A stretch of 32,000 bases of DNA from Kineococcus radiotolerans SRS30216 = ATCC BAA-149 (lineage in GTDB: Bacteria; Actinomycetota; Actinomycetes; Actinomycetales; Kineococcaceae): the NCBI RefSeq assembly GCF_000017305.1, contig NC_009664.2, forward strand, positions 4,110,001 to 4,142,000, in the 5' to 3' direction. The translations under genes were made by a program, and so were the position numbers. How positions within the stretch are numbered: the stretch's first letter is position 1; every line of letters starts with the position of its first letter. Below the pieces are notes generated by a model, which was not told the origin of the DNA, did not search any database, and saw only the letters and a program-made list of their open reading frames with translations. Below are positions 8,459-16,125 of this stretch, in pieces.

Positions 8459-8926
8459 TCAGTCCCGGCGCTGGGTGGTGCGCAGGTGGGCCCGGGCGAC
8501 GTCGAGCGCGTCGCCGAGGGCGAGGAGCTGCTCGTGGCTGAGGAGGTCGACGAGGTTCTCGCGCACGACGCGGACGTGACCGGGGGCGGCCCGCCGCAGG
8601 GCGTCGAGACCGTCCTCGGTCAGGGTCGCCAGGACGCCGCGGTCGTCGTCCTGGAACGCCTGGCGGTGCACGAGCCCGAGCTTCTCCAGCTGGGTGACCT
8701 GGTAGGTGAGCCCGCTGCGGGAGGTGACGAGGAGGTCCGCCAGTTCCGCCATCCGCAGCCGCCGCTGCGGAGCCTCGGCCAGCCGGGTCAGCAGTTCGTA
8801 CTGCGGCTGGGTGAGCCCGCCGTCCTCGCGCAACTGCTGGTCGATGCGGCGCAGCAGCAGGTTGCTGGTGTCGAGGAACGCGACCCAGGCGCGCATCTCG
8901 GTCTCGTCCAACCATCGGGGTTCCAC
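8459..8926 (-). CDS. MarR family transcriptional regulator
   Basis: VEPRWLDETEMRAWVAFLDTSNLLLRRIDQQLREDGGLTQPQYELLTRLAEAPQRRLRMAELADLLVTSRSGLTYQVTQLEKLGLVHRQAFQDDDRGVLATLTEDG is a winged-HTH MarR fold. TAACCT (8939..8934) plus 7 nt precedes the GTG at 8926. Confidence 0.85.
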   Translation of the reverse strand: MEPRWLDETEMRAWVAFLDTSNLLLRRIDQQLREDGGLTQPQYELLTRLAEAPQRRLRMAELADLLVTSRSGLTYQVTQLEKLGLVHRQAFQDDDRGVLATLTEDGLDALRRAAPGHVRVVRENLVDLLSHEQLLALGDALDVARAHLRTTQRRD

Positions 8927-8984
8927 GGTCAGCAGGTTAACCCACTTGATTCCAATCCGAACGACCCCTACTGTTCCTCGTGCT

Positions 8985-8994
8985 AATTCGAATT
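8985..8994. promoter_or_regulatory. perfect 10-bp palindrome AATTCGAATT in the MarR / reductase divergent region (candidate MarR operator)
   Basis: aattcgaatt equals its own reverse complement. It sits in the only AT-rich island (about 8935..9000) of a 130-bp divergent intergenic region. Confidence 0.5.
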
Positions 8995-9056
8995 CAAACG
9001 ACAGCGCTGCGGTCCCGCAGCGCCCCGGCCACCGCCGGGCACGACCTGGAGGAACC

Positions 9057-9689
9057 ATGGAGATCGCCGTCATCGGAGCGGGCAACGTCGGATCCGCCCT
9101 CGCCGCGCGCCTCGTCGCCCTGGGGCACCACGTGACCCTCGCCGGCAGCCGCCCCGACTCCCCGCGCCTGCTGCGCGCCGCGGAGACCGCCGGTGCCGAC
9201 TCCGCCGCCGCGGCGGACGCCGTGCGCGCGGCGGAGGTGGCGTTCCTGGCCGTCCCCTTCACCGCCCTGGACGCCACGCTCACCGACGAGGTCCGGGCCG
9301 GTCTGGACGGCACCGTCGTGGTCGACGTCACCAACCCCCTGGCCGCGGACTTCATGTCGCTGACGATCGGGCACACGACCTCCGCCGGGGAGCAGGTCGC
9401 GGCCCGCCTCCCGCGCTCCCGCGTGGTCAAGGCGTTCAACACGGTCATGGCGGCGACCCTGGCGACCCCCGTCCTCGGCGGCGTCCGTCAGTTGCTGCCC
9501 GTGGCCGGCGACGACCCCGCGGCCAAGCAGGTCGTGATCGACCTCGGGACGCGACTGGGTTTCGACGCCGTCGACGCGGGGCCCCTCACCAACGCCCGCT
9601 ACCTCGAACCCGCCGTCGAGCTCCTCGTCCAGCTCGGCTACGGCCAGGGTCTCGGCGACCGCATCGGGTTCCACCTCGCGCGCGCCTGA
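9057..9689 (+). CDS. NADPH-dependent F420 reductase-like / NAD(P)-binding oxidoreductase
   Basis: MEIAVIGAGNVGSALAARLVALGHHVTLAGSR (Rossmann GxGxxG) ...VVDVTNPL...VVKAFNTV...VAGDDPAAKQVVIDLGTRLGFDAVDAGPLTNARYLEP. SD ggagga lies 5 nt before the ATG. Confidence 0.8.
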   Translation: MEIAVIGAGNVGSALAARLVALGHHVTLAGSRPDSPRLLRAAETAGADSAAAADAVRAAEVAFLAVPFTALDATLTDEVRAGLDGTVVVDVTNPLAADFMSLTIGHTTSAGEQVAARLPRSRVVKAFNTVMAATLATPVLGGVRQLLPVAGDDPAAKQVVIDLGTRLGFDAVDAGPLTNARYLEPAVELLVQLGYGQGLGDRIGFHLARA

Positions 9690-9746
9690 CCTCGCCCGCG
9701 CCGCCGGTGCCGTTCCGCGACCGGGCCGGGAAACTCGGCACGCCGG

Positions 9747-10464
9747 TCACCGGCCGGGGGCCGCCCGCCCGGGGGTCCAGCGGTTCCGGTGCAGGCGCTC
9801 GACCCCGTCGAGGAGCAGGTCGAGGGAGAACTCGAACTCGAACTGGTCGTCGCAGCCCGGTCCGAGGGTCGACGGCTCGTCGTGCGTCGCGCGCCGGGCG
9901 ATCTCGGCGACGTGCGGGTAGGTCTCCCCCAGTCGCTGGAGCAGCGCGGCCCGGGCGGCCGGGTCCGGCGCGGCGGCGTGGTCGTCGACGAACAGTTCCT
10001 GGCTGAAGCCGAGCACGCGGCTGCCCAGGGCGTGCATCACGTGGTGGGTCAGGTCGACGGAGAGCCCACCGCGGCGGAAGGCCGCGATCATCGCGTCGGT
10101 GTGGGCGAGGACCGTCGGTGTCGGCGCCGTCCGGGTCTCGAGCACGCGCCGGGCCCACGGGTGCCGCAGCAGCGCGCGGCGCGCGGCGCGCGGCGAGGAT
10201 CCGTTCGCGCACCGCGGGTCTCCACTCGTCCTCGTCCGGTCGATCGATCTCGCCGACGACGACGTCGACCATGCCGTCGAGCAGTTCCTCCTTGTGGGCG
10301 ACGTGCTTGTAGAGGGCCATGGGGACGACGCCCAGTTCCTGCGCGAGCCGGCGCATGCTGAGCTCGTCGATGCCCTCGGCGTCCGAGAGCGCGACGGCGC
10401 TGCGGAGCACCCGTCCGCGGTTGAGCGGCGCCCGTCGGGCGGCGCCCGTGCTGGACCGCACCAC
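9747..10464 (-). pseudogene. TetR family regulator disrupted by a +7 nt frameshift
   Basis: The N-terminal HTH (RVLRSAVALSDAEGIDELSMRRLAQELGVVPMALYKHVAHKEELLDGMVD...WRPAVRERILAARRA) is in the frame of ORF 9586..10584. The C-terminal TetR_C-like part (VLETRTAPTPTVLAHTDAMIAAFRRGGLSVDLTHHVMHALGSRVLGFSQELF...) is in the frame of ORF 9747..10145. The frames switch at the 7-bp x3 repeat at 10174..10194. SD gaggagg lies 6 nt before the GTG at 10464. Confidence 0.8.
10174..10194. repeat. tandem triplication of a 7-bp unit (cgcggcg on +, cgccgcg on the coding strand)
   Basis: Read directly: cgcggcg cgcggcg cgcggcg at 10174-10180, 10181-10187 and 10188-10194. Confidence 0.95.
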
Positions 10465-10507
10465 GCGGCACCTCCTCGTGGGGTGACGACCGGTACCCCG
10501 TTGACAG

Positions 10508-10555
10508 GCGTACACCGTGCACCTTCGTCGCTCCTCGAAGGTGTACGACGTACAC
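10508..10555. promoter_or_regulatory. large imperfect inverted repeat in the TetR / DUF4386 divergent region (candidate TetR operator)
   Basis: Left arm gcgtacaccgtgcaccttcg (10508..10527). Right arm cgaaggtgtacgacgtacac (10536..10555). About 16 of 20 positions are complementary, and the core caccttcg/cgaaggtg is perfect. A TTGACA hexamer sits at 10501..10506. Confidence 0.5.
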
Positions 10556-10574
10556 CTCAGGGTCGGGAGGGCAC

Positions 10575-11285
10575 GTGGACGCACTGCGCAGGACCGCCAC
10601 CACCGCCGGGACGCTGTTCCTCGTCACCGAGGTCGCCGCCGTCGGCGGCAAGCTGCTGCAGCGGCCGGCGCTCGACCCCGGCTACCTCGACCCGGGCGCC
10701 ACCGGCACCGTCCGCGCCGGATCGCTGCTCGAACTCGTCCTGGCGCTGGCCTGCATCGAGACCGCTGTCGTCCTCCACCCCGTCCTCCGGCGCGGGCAGT
10801 CCGCCCTCGCGCTCGGGTACGTGGCCGGGCGCCTCCTGGAGGCCGTCGCCATCGTCATCGGGCTCACCAGCGTCCTGGCGATCACGTCGCTGCGCGAGGG
10901 CGCCGAGGCGACGGGGGCGGGCGAAGGGCACCGCGTCGCGGCCGAGACGCTCACCGCCGTGCACGACTGGGCGTTCCAGGTCGGCCCCAACCTGGTCCTG
11001 GGCCTCAACAGCCTCCTCCTCGCCCACCTCGTGCTCCGCGCGCGCCTGGTCCCCCGCTCCATCGCGCTGCTCGGCCTCGTCGGCGGGTCCCTGGTCACGG
11101 CCTCGGACGCGCTGCTCGTCCTCGGTGTCGTCGAGATGTACTCGCCCGTCACCTTCGTCCTCGCCCTCCCGGTCCTCGCCCGGGAGCTCAGCCTCGCGGT
11201 CCACCTCGTCCGCCGGGGTTTCCCCGAGGTGCCCGCCGTCCCGGAGACCTCCGGGGGAGCGGCACCCACCGGCGTACCCGGCTGA
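10575..11285 (+). CDS. DUF4386-like integral membrane protein
   Basis: 236 aa with several hydrophobic spans: TAGTLFLVTEVAAVGGKLL...GSLLELVLALACIETAVVLHPVLRRGQSALALGYVAGRLLEAVAIVIG...LVLGLNSLLLAHLVLRARLVPRSIALLGLVGG. SD gggagg precedes the GTG at 10575. The gene is divergent from the TetR gene. Confidence 0.65.
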   Translation: MDALRRTATTAGTLFLVTEVAAVGGKLLQRPALDPGYLDPGATGTVRAGSLLELVLALACIETAVVLHPVLRRGQSALALGYVAGRLLEAVAIVIGLTSVLAITSLREGAEATGAGEGHRVAAETLTAVHDWAFQVGPNLVLGLNSLLLAHLVLRARLVPRSIALLGLVGGSLVTASDALLVLGVVEMYSPVTFVLALPVLARELSLAVHLVRRGFPEVPAVPETSGGAAPTGVPG

Positions 11286-11322
11286 CGACCCGCCCCGCCG
11301 ACGGTCGGCTGCCGCGTGAGCC

Positions 11323-12078
11323 ATGATCGGAGGCGTGACGGGCCCCGACCGCGACGACGAGCCGCCCGGCCCCCCGCGGCGCGGGCCGGCGGGACGGGCC
11401 GGGGCCCGAGGGCTCGTCGCCACCGCGCGGGAGACCGCGCTGGTCGTGGCGGTGGCGCTCGTGGTCTCGATGGTGGTCAAGACCTTCCTGCTGCAGGCCT
11501 TCTTCATCCCCTCGGAGTCGATGGAGCCGACCCTCGCCGTCGGCGACCGCGTCGTCGTCAGCAAGCTGACCCCCGGCCCGTTCCCGCTGCAGCGCGGCGA
11601 CGTCGTCGTCTTCGCCGACCCCGGCGGCTGGCTCCCGCCGGCGGCGCCGACCCGCCGCGGCCCGGTCGGCACCGCCGTCACCGGTGCGCTCACGTTCGTC
11701 GGTCTCCTGCCCGACGACGCCGACGAGCACCTCGTCAAGCGCGTCGTCGGCCTCCCCGGCGACCACGTCGCCTGCTGCGACGGGCAGGGGCGGCTCACCG
11801 TCGACGGCGCCCCCCTCGACGAGTCCGCCCACCTCGCCGCCGGCGCCGCGCCCAGCGAGCAGCCGTTCGACGTCACCGTGCCCCCGGGTGAGCTGTGGGT
11901 CATGGGCGACAACCGCCCGCGCTCCTGCGACTCCCGCTGCCACGCGGACGAGCCGCGCGGCGGCTTCGTACCCCTCGACCTGGTCACCGGTCGCGCCGTC
12001 GCCGTGGTCTGGCCGCCGGGGCACCTGGACCGGCTGAGCACCCCGGACGACGACGGCGGTGCACCGGGCGCTCCCTGA
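11323..12078 (+). CDS. lepB: signal peptidase I (S26 family)
   Basis: A TM segment is followed by FFIPSESMEPTL (catalytic Ser box), RGDVVVF, HLVKRVVGLPGD (catalytic Lys box) and WVMGDNRPRSCDSR. Confidence 0.9.
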   Translation: MIGGVTGPDRDDEPPGPPRRGPAGRAGARGLVATARETALVVAVALVVSMVVKTFLLQAFFIPSESMEPTLAVGDRVVVSKLTPGPFPLQRGDVVVFADPGGWLPPAAPTRRGPVGTAVTGALTFVGLLPDDADEHLVKRVVGLPGDHVACCDGQGRLTVDGAPLDESAHLAAGAAPSEQPFDVTVPPGELWVMGDNRPRSCDSRCHADEPRGGFVPLDLVTGRAVAVVWPPGHLDRLSTPDDDGGAPGAP

Positions 12079-12146
12079 CCGTCCCCGGGTGCCGCCGGCC
12101 ACCGCGCCGGGTGGTCGGGGAAACCGGTCCGCGGAATCCCGGACGC

Positions 12147-12177
12147 ATCGACAGTCGATACGTCATGCTGGGACGGT
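12147..12177 (+). promoter_or_regulatory. candidate promoter/operator of the DUF2975-HTH operon
   Basis: A 13-nt palindrome atcgacagtcgat (12147..12159) directly abuts a CATGCT -10-like box (12164..12169). The ATG at 12219 has SD aggag. The 16-mer gtcatgctgggacggt (12162..12177) is identical to 6466..6481. Confidence 0.4.
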
Positions 12178-12218
12178 CGTCAGCGCCCGCGGCGGCACGA
12201 GCCGCACCAGGAGCCTCC

Positions 12219-12926
12219 ATGTCGTTGCCCACGCCGGCGTCCACGCCCGCGTCGACGCCCCCGGACCGGGCCCACGTCCGCCCCCGCACCATCCGCCTCC
12301 TCGGCTGGGCCGTGCACGTCGTGGGCCTCTACCTCCTGGTCGCCGGTTCCGCCTACGCCATCGGTGCAGCGACCCAGGCGCCGGCCACGGTGCGGGTGCC
12401 GGTGGTGGTCACCGTCGCCACGCCCGGCGCCGAGGCCGGTGGGTTCGCCACCACCGACCGGAACCAGCGGCTGGACGACGTCGTCCTCCCCGGCGAGGGC
12501 AACTGGGTCACCGCCCGCGACGACGCGGCGACCTTCACCCTCTCGTCGTGGGGTTCCACCCGTCTCGAGCAGTTCCTCTCCCGCGGCGACGGCGCCGTCC
12601 TGGGCCTCGCAGCGGCCGTCGTCTCCTTCCTCCTGCAACCGGTCCTGACCTCGCTGGCCGGTCCTCGGCCCTTCGCCCGGCGCAACGCCCGCCGCTTCGC
12701 AGCCATGGCGGTCACGGTGCTGCTCGCCGCCGTGCTGCACCCGCTGCTGCCTTCCCTGGCCAGCGGGATGGTGCTGGAGCGTCTGGGGCACCCCGCCTCC
12801 CTGGCGGTCCCGGACCTCCAACTGCACCTGCTGCCCGTCGCGGCGGTGGTGGCCGCGCTGCTGCTGCTGGCGGAGGCGTTCCGCCAGGCCGAGCGCCTGG
12901 ACCACGAGGTGGAGGGGCTGGTGTGA
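12219..12926 (+). CDS. DUF2975-like membrane protein
   Basis: MSLPTPASTPASTPPDRAHVRPRTIRLLGWAVHVVGLYLLVAGSAYAIG... has four hydrophobic segments and the C-terminal AEAFRQAERLDHEVEGLV. It is paired with a YozG-like HTH gene, which is the classic arrangement. Confidence 0.65.
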   Translation: MSLPTPASTPASTPPDRAHVRPRTIRLLGWAVHVVGLYLLVAGSAYAIGAATQAPATVRVPVVVTVATPGAEAGGFATTDRNQRLDDVVLPGEGNWVTARDDAATFTLSSWGSTRLEQFLSRGDGAVLGLAAAVVSFLLQPVLTSLAGPRPFARRNARRFAAMAVTVLLAAVLHPLLPSLASGMVLERLGHPASLAVPDLQLHLLPVAAVVAALLLLAEAFRQAERLDHEVEGLV

Positions 12927-13204
12927 GCCCGCGCGGGGCGAGCGTCCCCGACCGGGACGGCGCGGGAGGTGAGGGCGGTGGGCCCGGAGACCCGCACCGG
13001 ATCACCTGCCACCTGGACGACCTGCTGCGGGAGCGGGGGATGACCCTGGTCGAACTGGCCGAACGGGCCGGGGTGACCGTGGTGAACCTGTCGGTGCTCA
13101 AGAACGACCGGGCCCGGGCCGTGCGCTTCAGCACCCTGACCGCGGTGTGCGACGTCCTGCGGTGCCAACCCGGCGACGTGCTGAGCCTGCGACCGCGGAG
13201 CTGA
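12923..13204 (+). CDS. YozG-like XRE-family HTH transcriptional regulator
   Basis: ITCHLDDLLRERGMTLVELAERAGVTVVNLSVLKNDRARAVRFSTLTAVCDVLRCQPGDVLSL. The GTG at 12923 overlaps the upstream TGA (gtGTGA), which suggests translational coupling. Confidence 0.8.
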   Translation: MSPRGASVPDRDGAGGEGGGPGDPHRITCHLDDLLRERGMTLVELAERAGVTVVNLSVLKNDRARAVRFSTLTAVCDVLRCQPGDVLSLRPRS

Positions 13205-13213
13205 TCGCCCCAC

Positions 13214-13233
13214 GGCCGGCGCCCGCGCCGGCC
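13214..13233. terminator. GC hairpin between convergent genes
   Basis: ggccggcgc cc gcgccggcc forms a perfect 9-bp inverted repeat. It lies between the HTH stop (13204) and the MFS stop (13297). Confidence 0.45.
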
Positions 13234-13296
13234 GCCCCGAGGAGCGGCACGGACGGGCGCTGCGTCCCCGGGAGGGCGACGCCCCGGGCGGCGGGG

Positions 13297-14568
13297 TCAG
13301 CCCGCCGCGGCGGAGCGCCGCTCCCGCTGCGCGAGGACGGTCGCGGCGACGAGCACGAGCAGGACCGCGGCGAGCCCGTCGAAGCCGGCGCGCGCGAGGA
13401 CGGGCCCGGCGGCGGCACCGCCGACGGCACCGGCCAGGCTCATCAACGCGTCGGACACCCCCTGCAGGCGGGGGCGCTGGACCGGGCTGACCGCGGCGCT
13501 GACCAGGGCGGCCCCGGCCACGGTGGAGGCCGACCACCCCAGGCCCAGCAGGACCAGCCCGGCGGTCACCACGACGGTGTCCTCCGGGCCGAGCACCGCC
13601 AGCAGCAGAGCGAGCAGGAGCAGCGCCTGCCCGAGGAGGACCGTCGTGCGCGCGCCCAGGCGGTCGGTGAGGTGGCCGAAGAGCGGGGAGAGGGCGTACA
13701 TCCCCGCCACGTGCAGGCTGATCGTCAGTCCCACCAGGCCGAGCGAGGCGCCGTGGGAGCTCAGGTGCACCGGCGTCATCGACATCAGCGCCACCATGAC
13801 CGCGTGGCTGAGGGCGACGGTCAGCACCGCGCGCCGGGCGGCGGGGGAGGAGCGCAGCACGCTCAGGCCGCCGGTGCGCCGCTCACCCGCCGCCGTGCTC
13901 GTCGCCGCGACGCCGGCTCCGGCCCGCGCCGCGGCCGTCGCCGTGAGCAGGGGGTCCGGGCGCAGGCCCACCAGGTAGACGAGGGCCCCGAGGGCCTGGG
14001 CGACGGCGGAGATGACGAACCCGCCGGTCAGGGACGGGAGGTCGAGGGCCCGGCCGACGGCCTCGCCGGGTTCGAAGAGGTTCGGCCCGGCCACCGCCCC
14101 CACGGTGGTGGACCACACCACCAGGGACAGGTCCCGCCCGCGGCGGGACGCCGCGGCGAGGTCGGTGGCGGCGAAGCGGGCCTGCAGGTTCAGCGCCTGA
14201 CCGGACCCCAGCAGCAGGACGCCGGCCAGCAGCAGCCACAGGTGCACCAGGACCGCCGCGGTCACGACCGTCCCCGCGCCCGCGACGGCGAGGAGGGCGC
14301 CGGTGCTCAGCGAGGTGCGCCGGCCCCGGGCCTGCGCGAGGCGGGCCAGCGGCACGGCCAGCGCGGCCGCGCCGAGGGTGGCCATCGTCGCGGCCATCCC
14401 CGACCAGGCCGGTGAACCGGACACGCGGGTGATCAGCAACGCCCCCAGGCTGAGGGTGGCGCCCGCGCCCAGGCCGCCCAGGACCTGGCCGGCGACCAGG
14501 ACGCGCACGACCCTCCGCTGCAGGTCGCGGTGCGCCAGGGCGCCGGGTGGGGTGGTGTTCGCGGACAC
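13297..14568 (-). CDS. MFS transporter
   Basis: 423 aa with about 12 hydrophobic spans. MFS-type loop motifs are present (LARLAQARGRRTSL, LTDRLGARTTVLLG). SD gagg lies about 6 nt before the GTG at 14568. Confidence 0.9.
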   Translation of the reverse strand: MSANTTPPGALAHRDLQRRVVRVLVAGQVLGGLGAGATLSLGALLITRVSGSPAWSGMAATMATLGAAALAVPLARLAQARGRRTSLSTGALLAVAGAGTVVTAAVLVHLWLLLAGVLLLGSGQALNLQARFAATDLAAASRRGRDLSLVVWSTTVGAVAGPNLFEPGEAVGRALDLPSLTGGFVISAVAQALGALVYLVGLRPDPLLTATAAARAGAGVAATSTAAGERRTGGLSVLRSSPAARRAVLTVALSHAVMVALMSMTPVHLSSHGASLGLVGLTISLHVAGMYALSPLFGHLTDRLGARTTVLLGQALLLLALLLAVLGPEDTVVVTAGLVLLGLGWSASTVAGAALVSAAVSPVQRPRLQGVSDALMSLAGAVGGAAAGPVLARAGFDGLAAVLLVLVAATVLAQRERRSAAAG

Positions 14569-14671
14569 GCGCGGCCTCTGATCCCTCGTGCTCGGTGGTG
14601 GGCCCGGGGACCGGCGCGGCGCGAGCCGTCCCGGGAACCCCAGGAGCCGAGGGTCCCACCGTCCTGCACCG

Positions 14672-14693
14672 GCGGGGCGCCGCGACGCCCCGC
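14672..14693 (-). terminator. hairpin downstream of the protease gene
   Basis: gcggggcg ccgcga cgccccgc forms an 8-bp stem with a 6-nt loop. It lies 70 nt past the stop at 14764. Confidence 0.4.
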
Positions 14694-14763
14694 GCCGGGC
14701 GCGTGCCTCAGCGCCCGTCGCCGGATCCGCCGCGCACCCGCCGCGGACCCGGCCCGCCGGCGG

Positions 14764-15939
14764 TCAGCTCGTGCTCGCCAGTTCCCCCAGGGTCACCTGG
14801 AGGGTCTCGCGCCGCCCGTCGCGCACGACGACCACGTCGACGACGTCCCCGACGCTGCGTTCGGCGAGGACCGTCGAGAGCTGCCCGGTGCTGGTCACGT
14901 CCTGCCCGGCGACGGAGACGATGACGTCGCCCTCCCGCACCCCCGCCGCGGCGGCCGCGCCGCCGGGGTCCACCGCGACGACACCGACGCCGGCCGGCTG
15001 GCCGGAGGCGTCGGCGAGGGTGGTCACGCTCACCTCGAGGGCGGCCCGGTTGGAGTCGACGACCCGGCCGTCGTTGGCGATGAGCTGCCCGGCGATGTCC
15101 TTGGCCGTGTTCGAGGGGATGGCGAACCCGATGCCGGGGGCGGCACCGCCCTGGCTCGGGCTGAGGGCGGCCAGGGTCGGGATGCCGATGACCTCCCCGT
15201 CCAGGTCGACGAGCGCGCCGCCGCTGTTCCCGGGGTTGATCGCCGCCGAGGTCTGGATGGTCCCCGGCAGCGTGGCGCCCGGGGAGGACTCGCCGGCGGG
15301 TTCGCTCACCGTGCGGCCCACGGCGGAGACGATCCCGTTGCTCACGCTGCTGGACAGCCCCAGCGGGTTGCCCATCGCCAGCACGATCGTGCCGACCTCG
15401 ACGGCGCTGGAGTCCCCGAAGGTCGCCGGGTGCAGTTCCGGTGCGCCCTCGACGTGGATGACGGCGAGGTCGTTGGTCGGGTAGGTCCCCACCAGGGTCG
15501 CGGGGTAGGAGGTCGCCGAGTTGGCGAACTGCACCTGGAACTCCGTCGCGGTCCCCACGACGTGGGCGTTGGTGACGATGTTGCCCTCCTCGTCGAGGAC
15601 GACGCCGCTGCCCAGACCGCTCCCGGTGCGGATCTCCACCACCGACGGCAGGACGCCGGTGATGACCTGCTGGTAGGCGTCCTGCAGGCTCTGGGCCGAT
15701 CCCGCCGCCCCCGAGGAGGACGCGGAGGCCGACGCGGAGGCCGACGCGGTGGCGGCCGCACCGCCGACGATCCCGGGCGCGGCGGTGTCCTGCGGGTCCT
15801 GGCCGGTGCAGCCGGCCAGCAGGAGCGGGGCGAGGAGGAACCCCGCGCTCACCGCGCGGCCACGCCGGCGGGCCCGGTGGTGGCCCCCGGCGGGGCGGTG
15901 GGCCTCGAGACCGCGGTGGGTGCGATGGGCCGGGACCAT
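14764..15939 (-). CDS. HtrA/DegP-type trypsin-like serine protease with PDZ domain; predicted lipoprotein
   Basis: IVTNAHVV (His), TNDLAVIHV (Asp) and TSAAINPGNSGGALVD (Ser) form the catalytic triad. A C-terminal PDZ-like segment GVGVVAVDPGGAAAAAGVREGDVIVSVAG is present. The N-terminus FLLAPLLLAGCTG contains a lipobox. SD gaggag lies 8 nt before the ATG at 15939. Confidence 0.9.
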   Translation of the reverse strand: MVPAHRTHRGLEAHRPAGGHHRARRRGRAVSAGFLLAPLLLAGCTGQDPQDTAAPGIVGGAAATASASASASASSSGAAGSAQSLQDAYQQVITGVLPSVVEIRTGSGLGSGVVLDEEGNIVTNAHVVGTATEFQVQFANSATSYPATLVGTYPTNDLAVIHVEGAPELHPATFGDSSAVEVGTIVLAMGNPLGLSSSVSNGIVSAVGRTVSEPAGESSPGATLPGTIQTSAAINPGNSGGALVDLDGEVIGIPTLAALSPSQGGAAPGIGFAIPSNTAKDIAGQLIANDGRVVDSNRAALEVSVTTLADASGQPAGVGVVAVDPGGAAAAAGVREGDVIVSVAGQDVTSTGQLSTVLAERSVGDVVDVVVVRDGRRETLQVTLGELASTS

Positions 15940-16125
15940 GGTGTCGTCTCCTCGGTGTCGTTCGTCAGCGGGTGGTCGTGGGACCGTGCGCGACCCCACC
16001 GCCACCGTCCCGCTGGGCACCGGGCCAGGATGACCCGCCGGCCGGGGGAGCGCCAGCGCACGGCCCACCGCCGGGACCGGCCCGGCCCCTGGACCGCCGT
16101 CGGGGGCGCGCCCACCGGGTCCGGC

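Noticed and set aside
12134-12164. An ECF-sigma reading of the DUF2975 promoter: GGAAT at 12134..12138 as the -35 and CGTC at 12161..12164 as the -10.
   Set aside because: The spacer would be 23 nt, far longer than the 16-17 nt typical of ECF promoters. The other copy of the 16-mer (6466) has GGTC rather than CGTC and no GGAAC-like -35.
8031-15756. Short tandem repeats (12-nt units at 8031..8078 and 15721..15756; 7-nt units at 10174..10194) considered as a possible CRISPR or other repeat array.
   Set aside because: The units are far too short and directly adjacent, with no spacers. All lie inside coding sequence, where they encode low-complexity linkers or cause a frameshift. This is not CRISPR-like.
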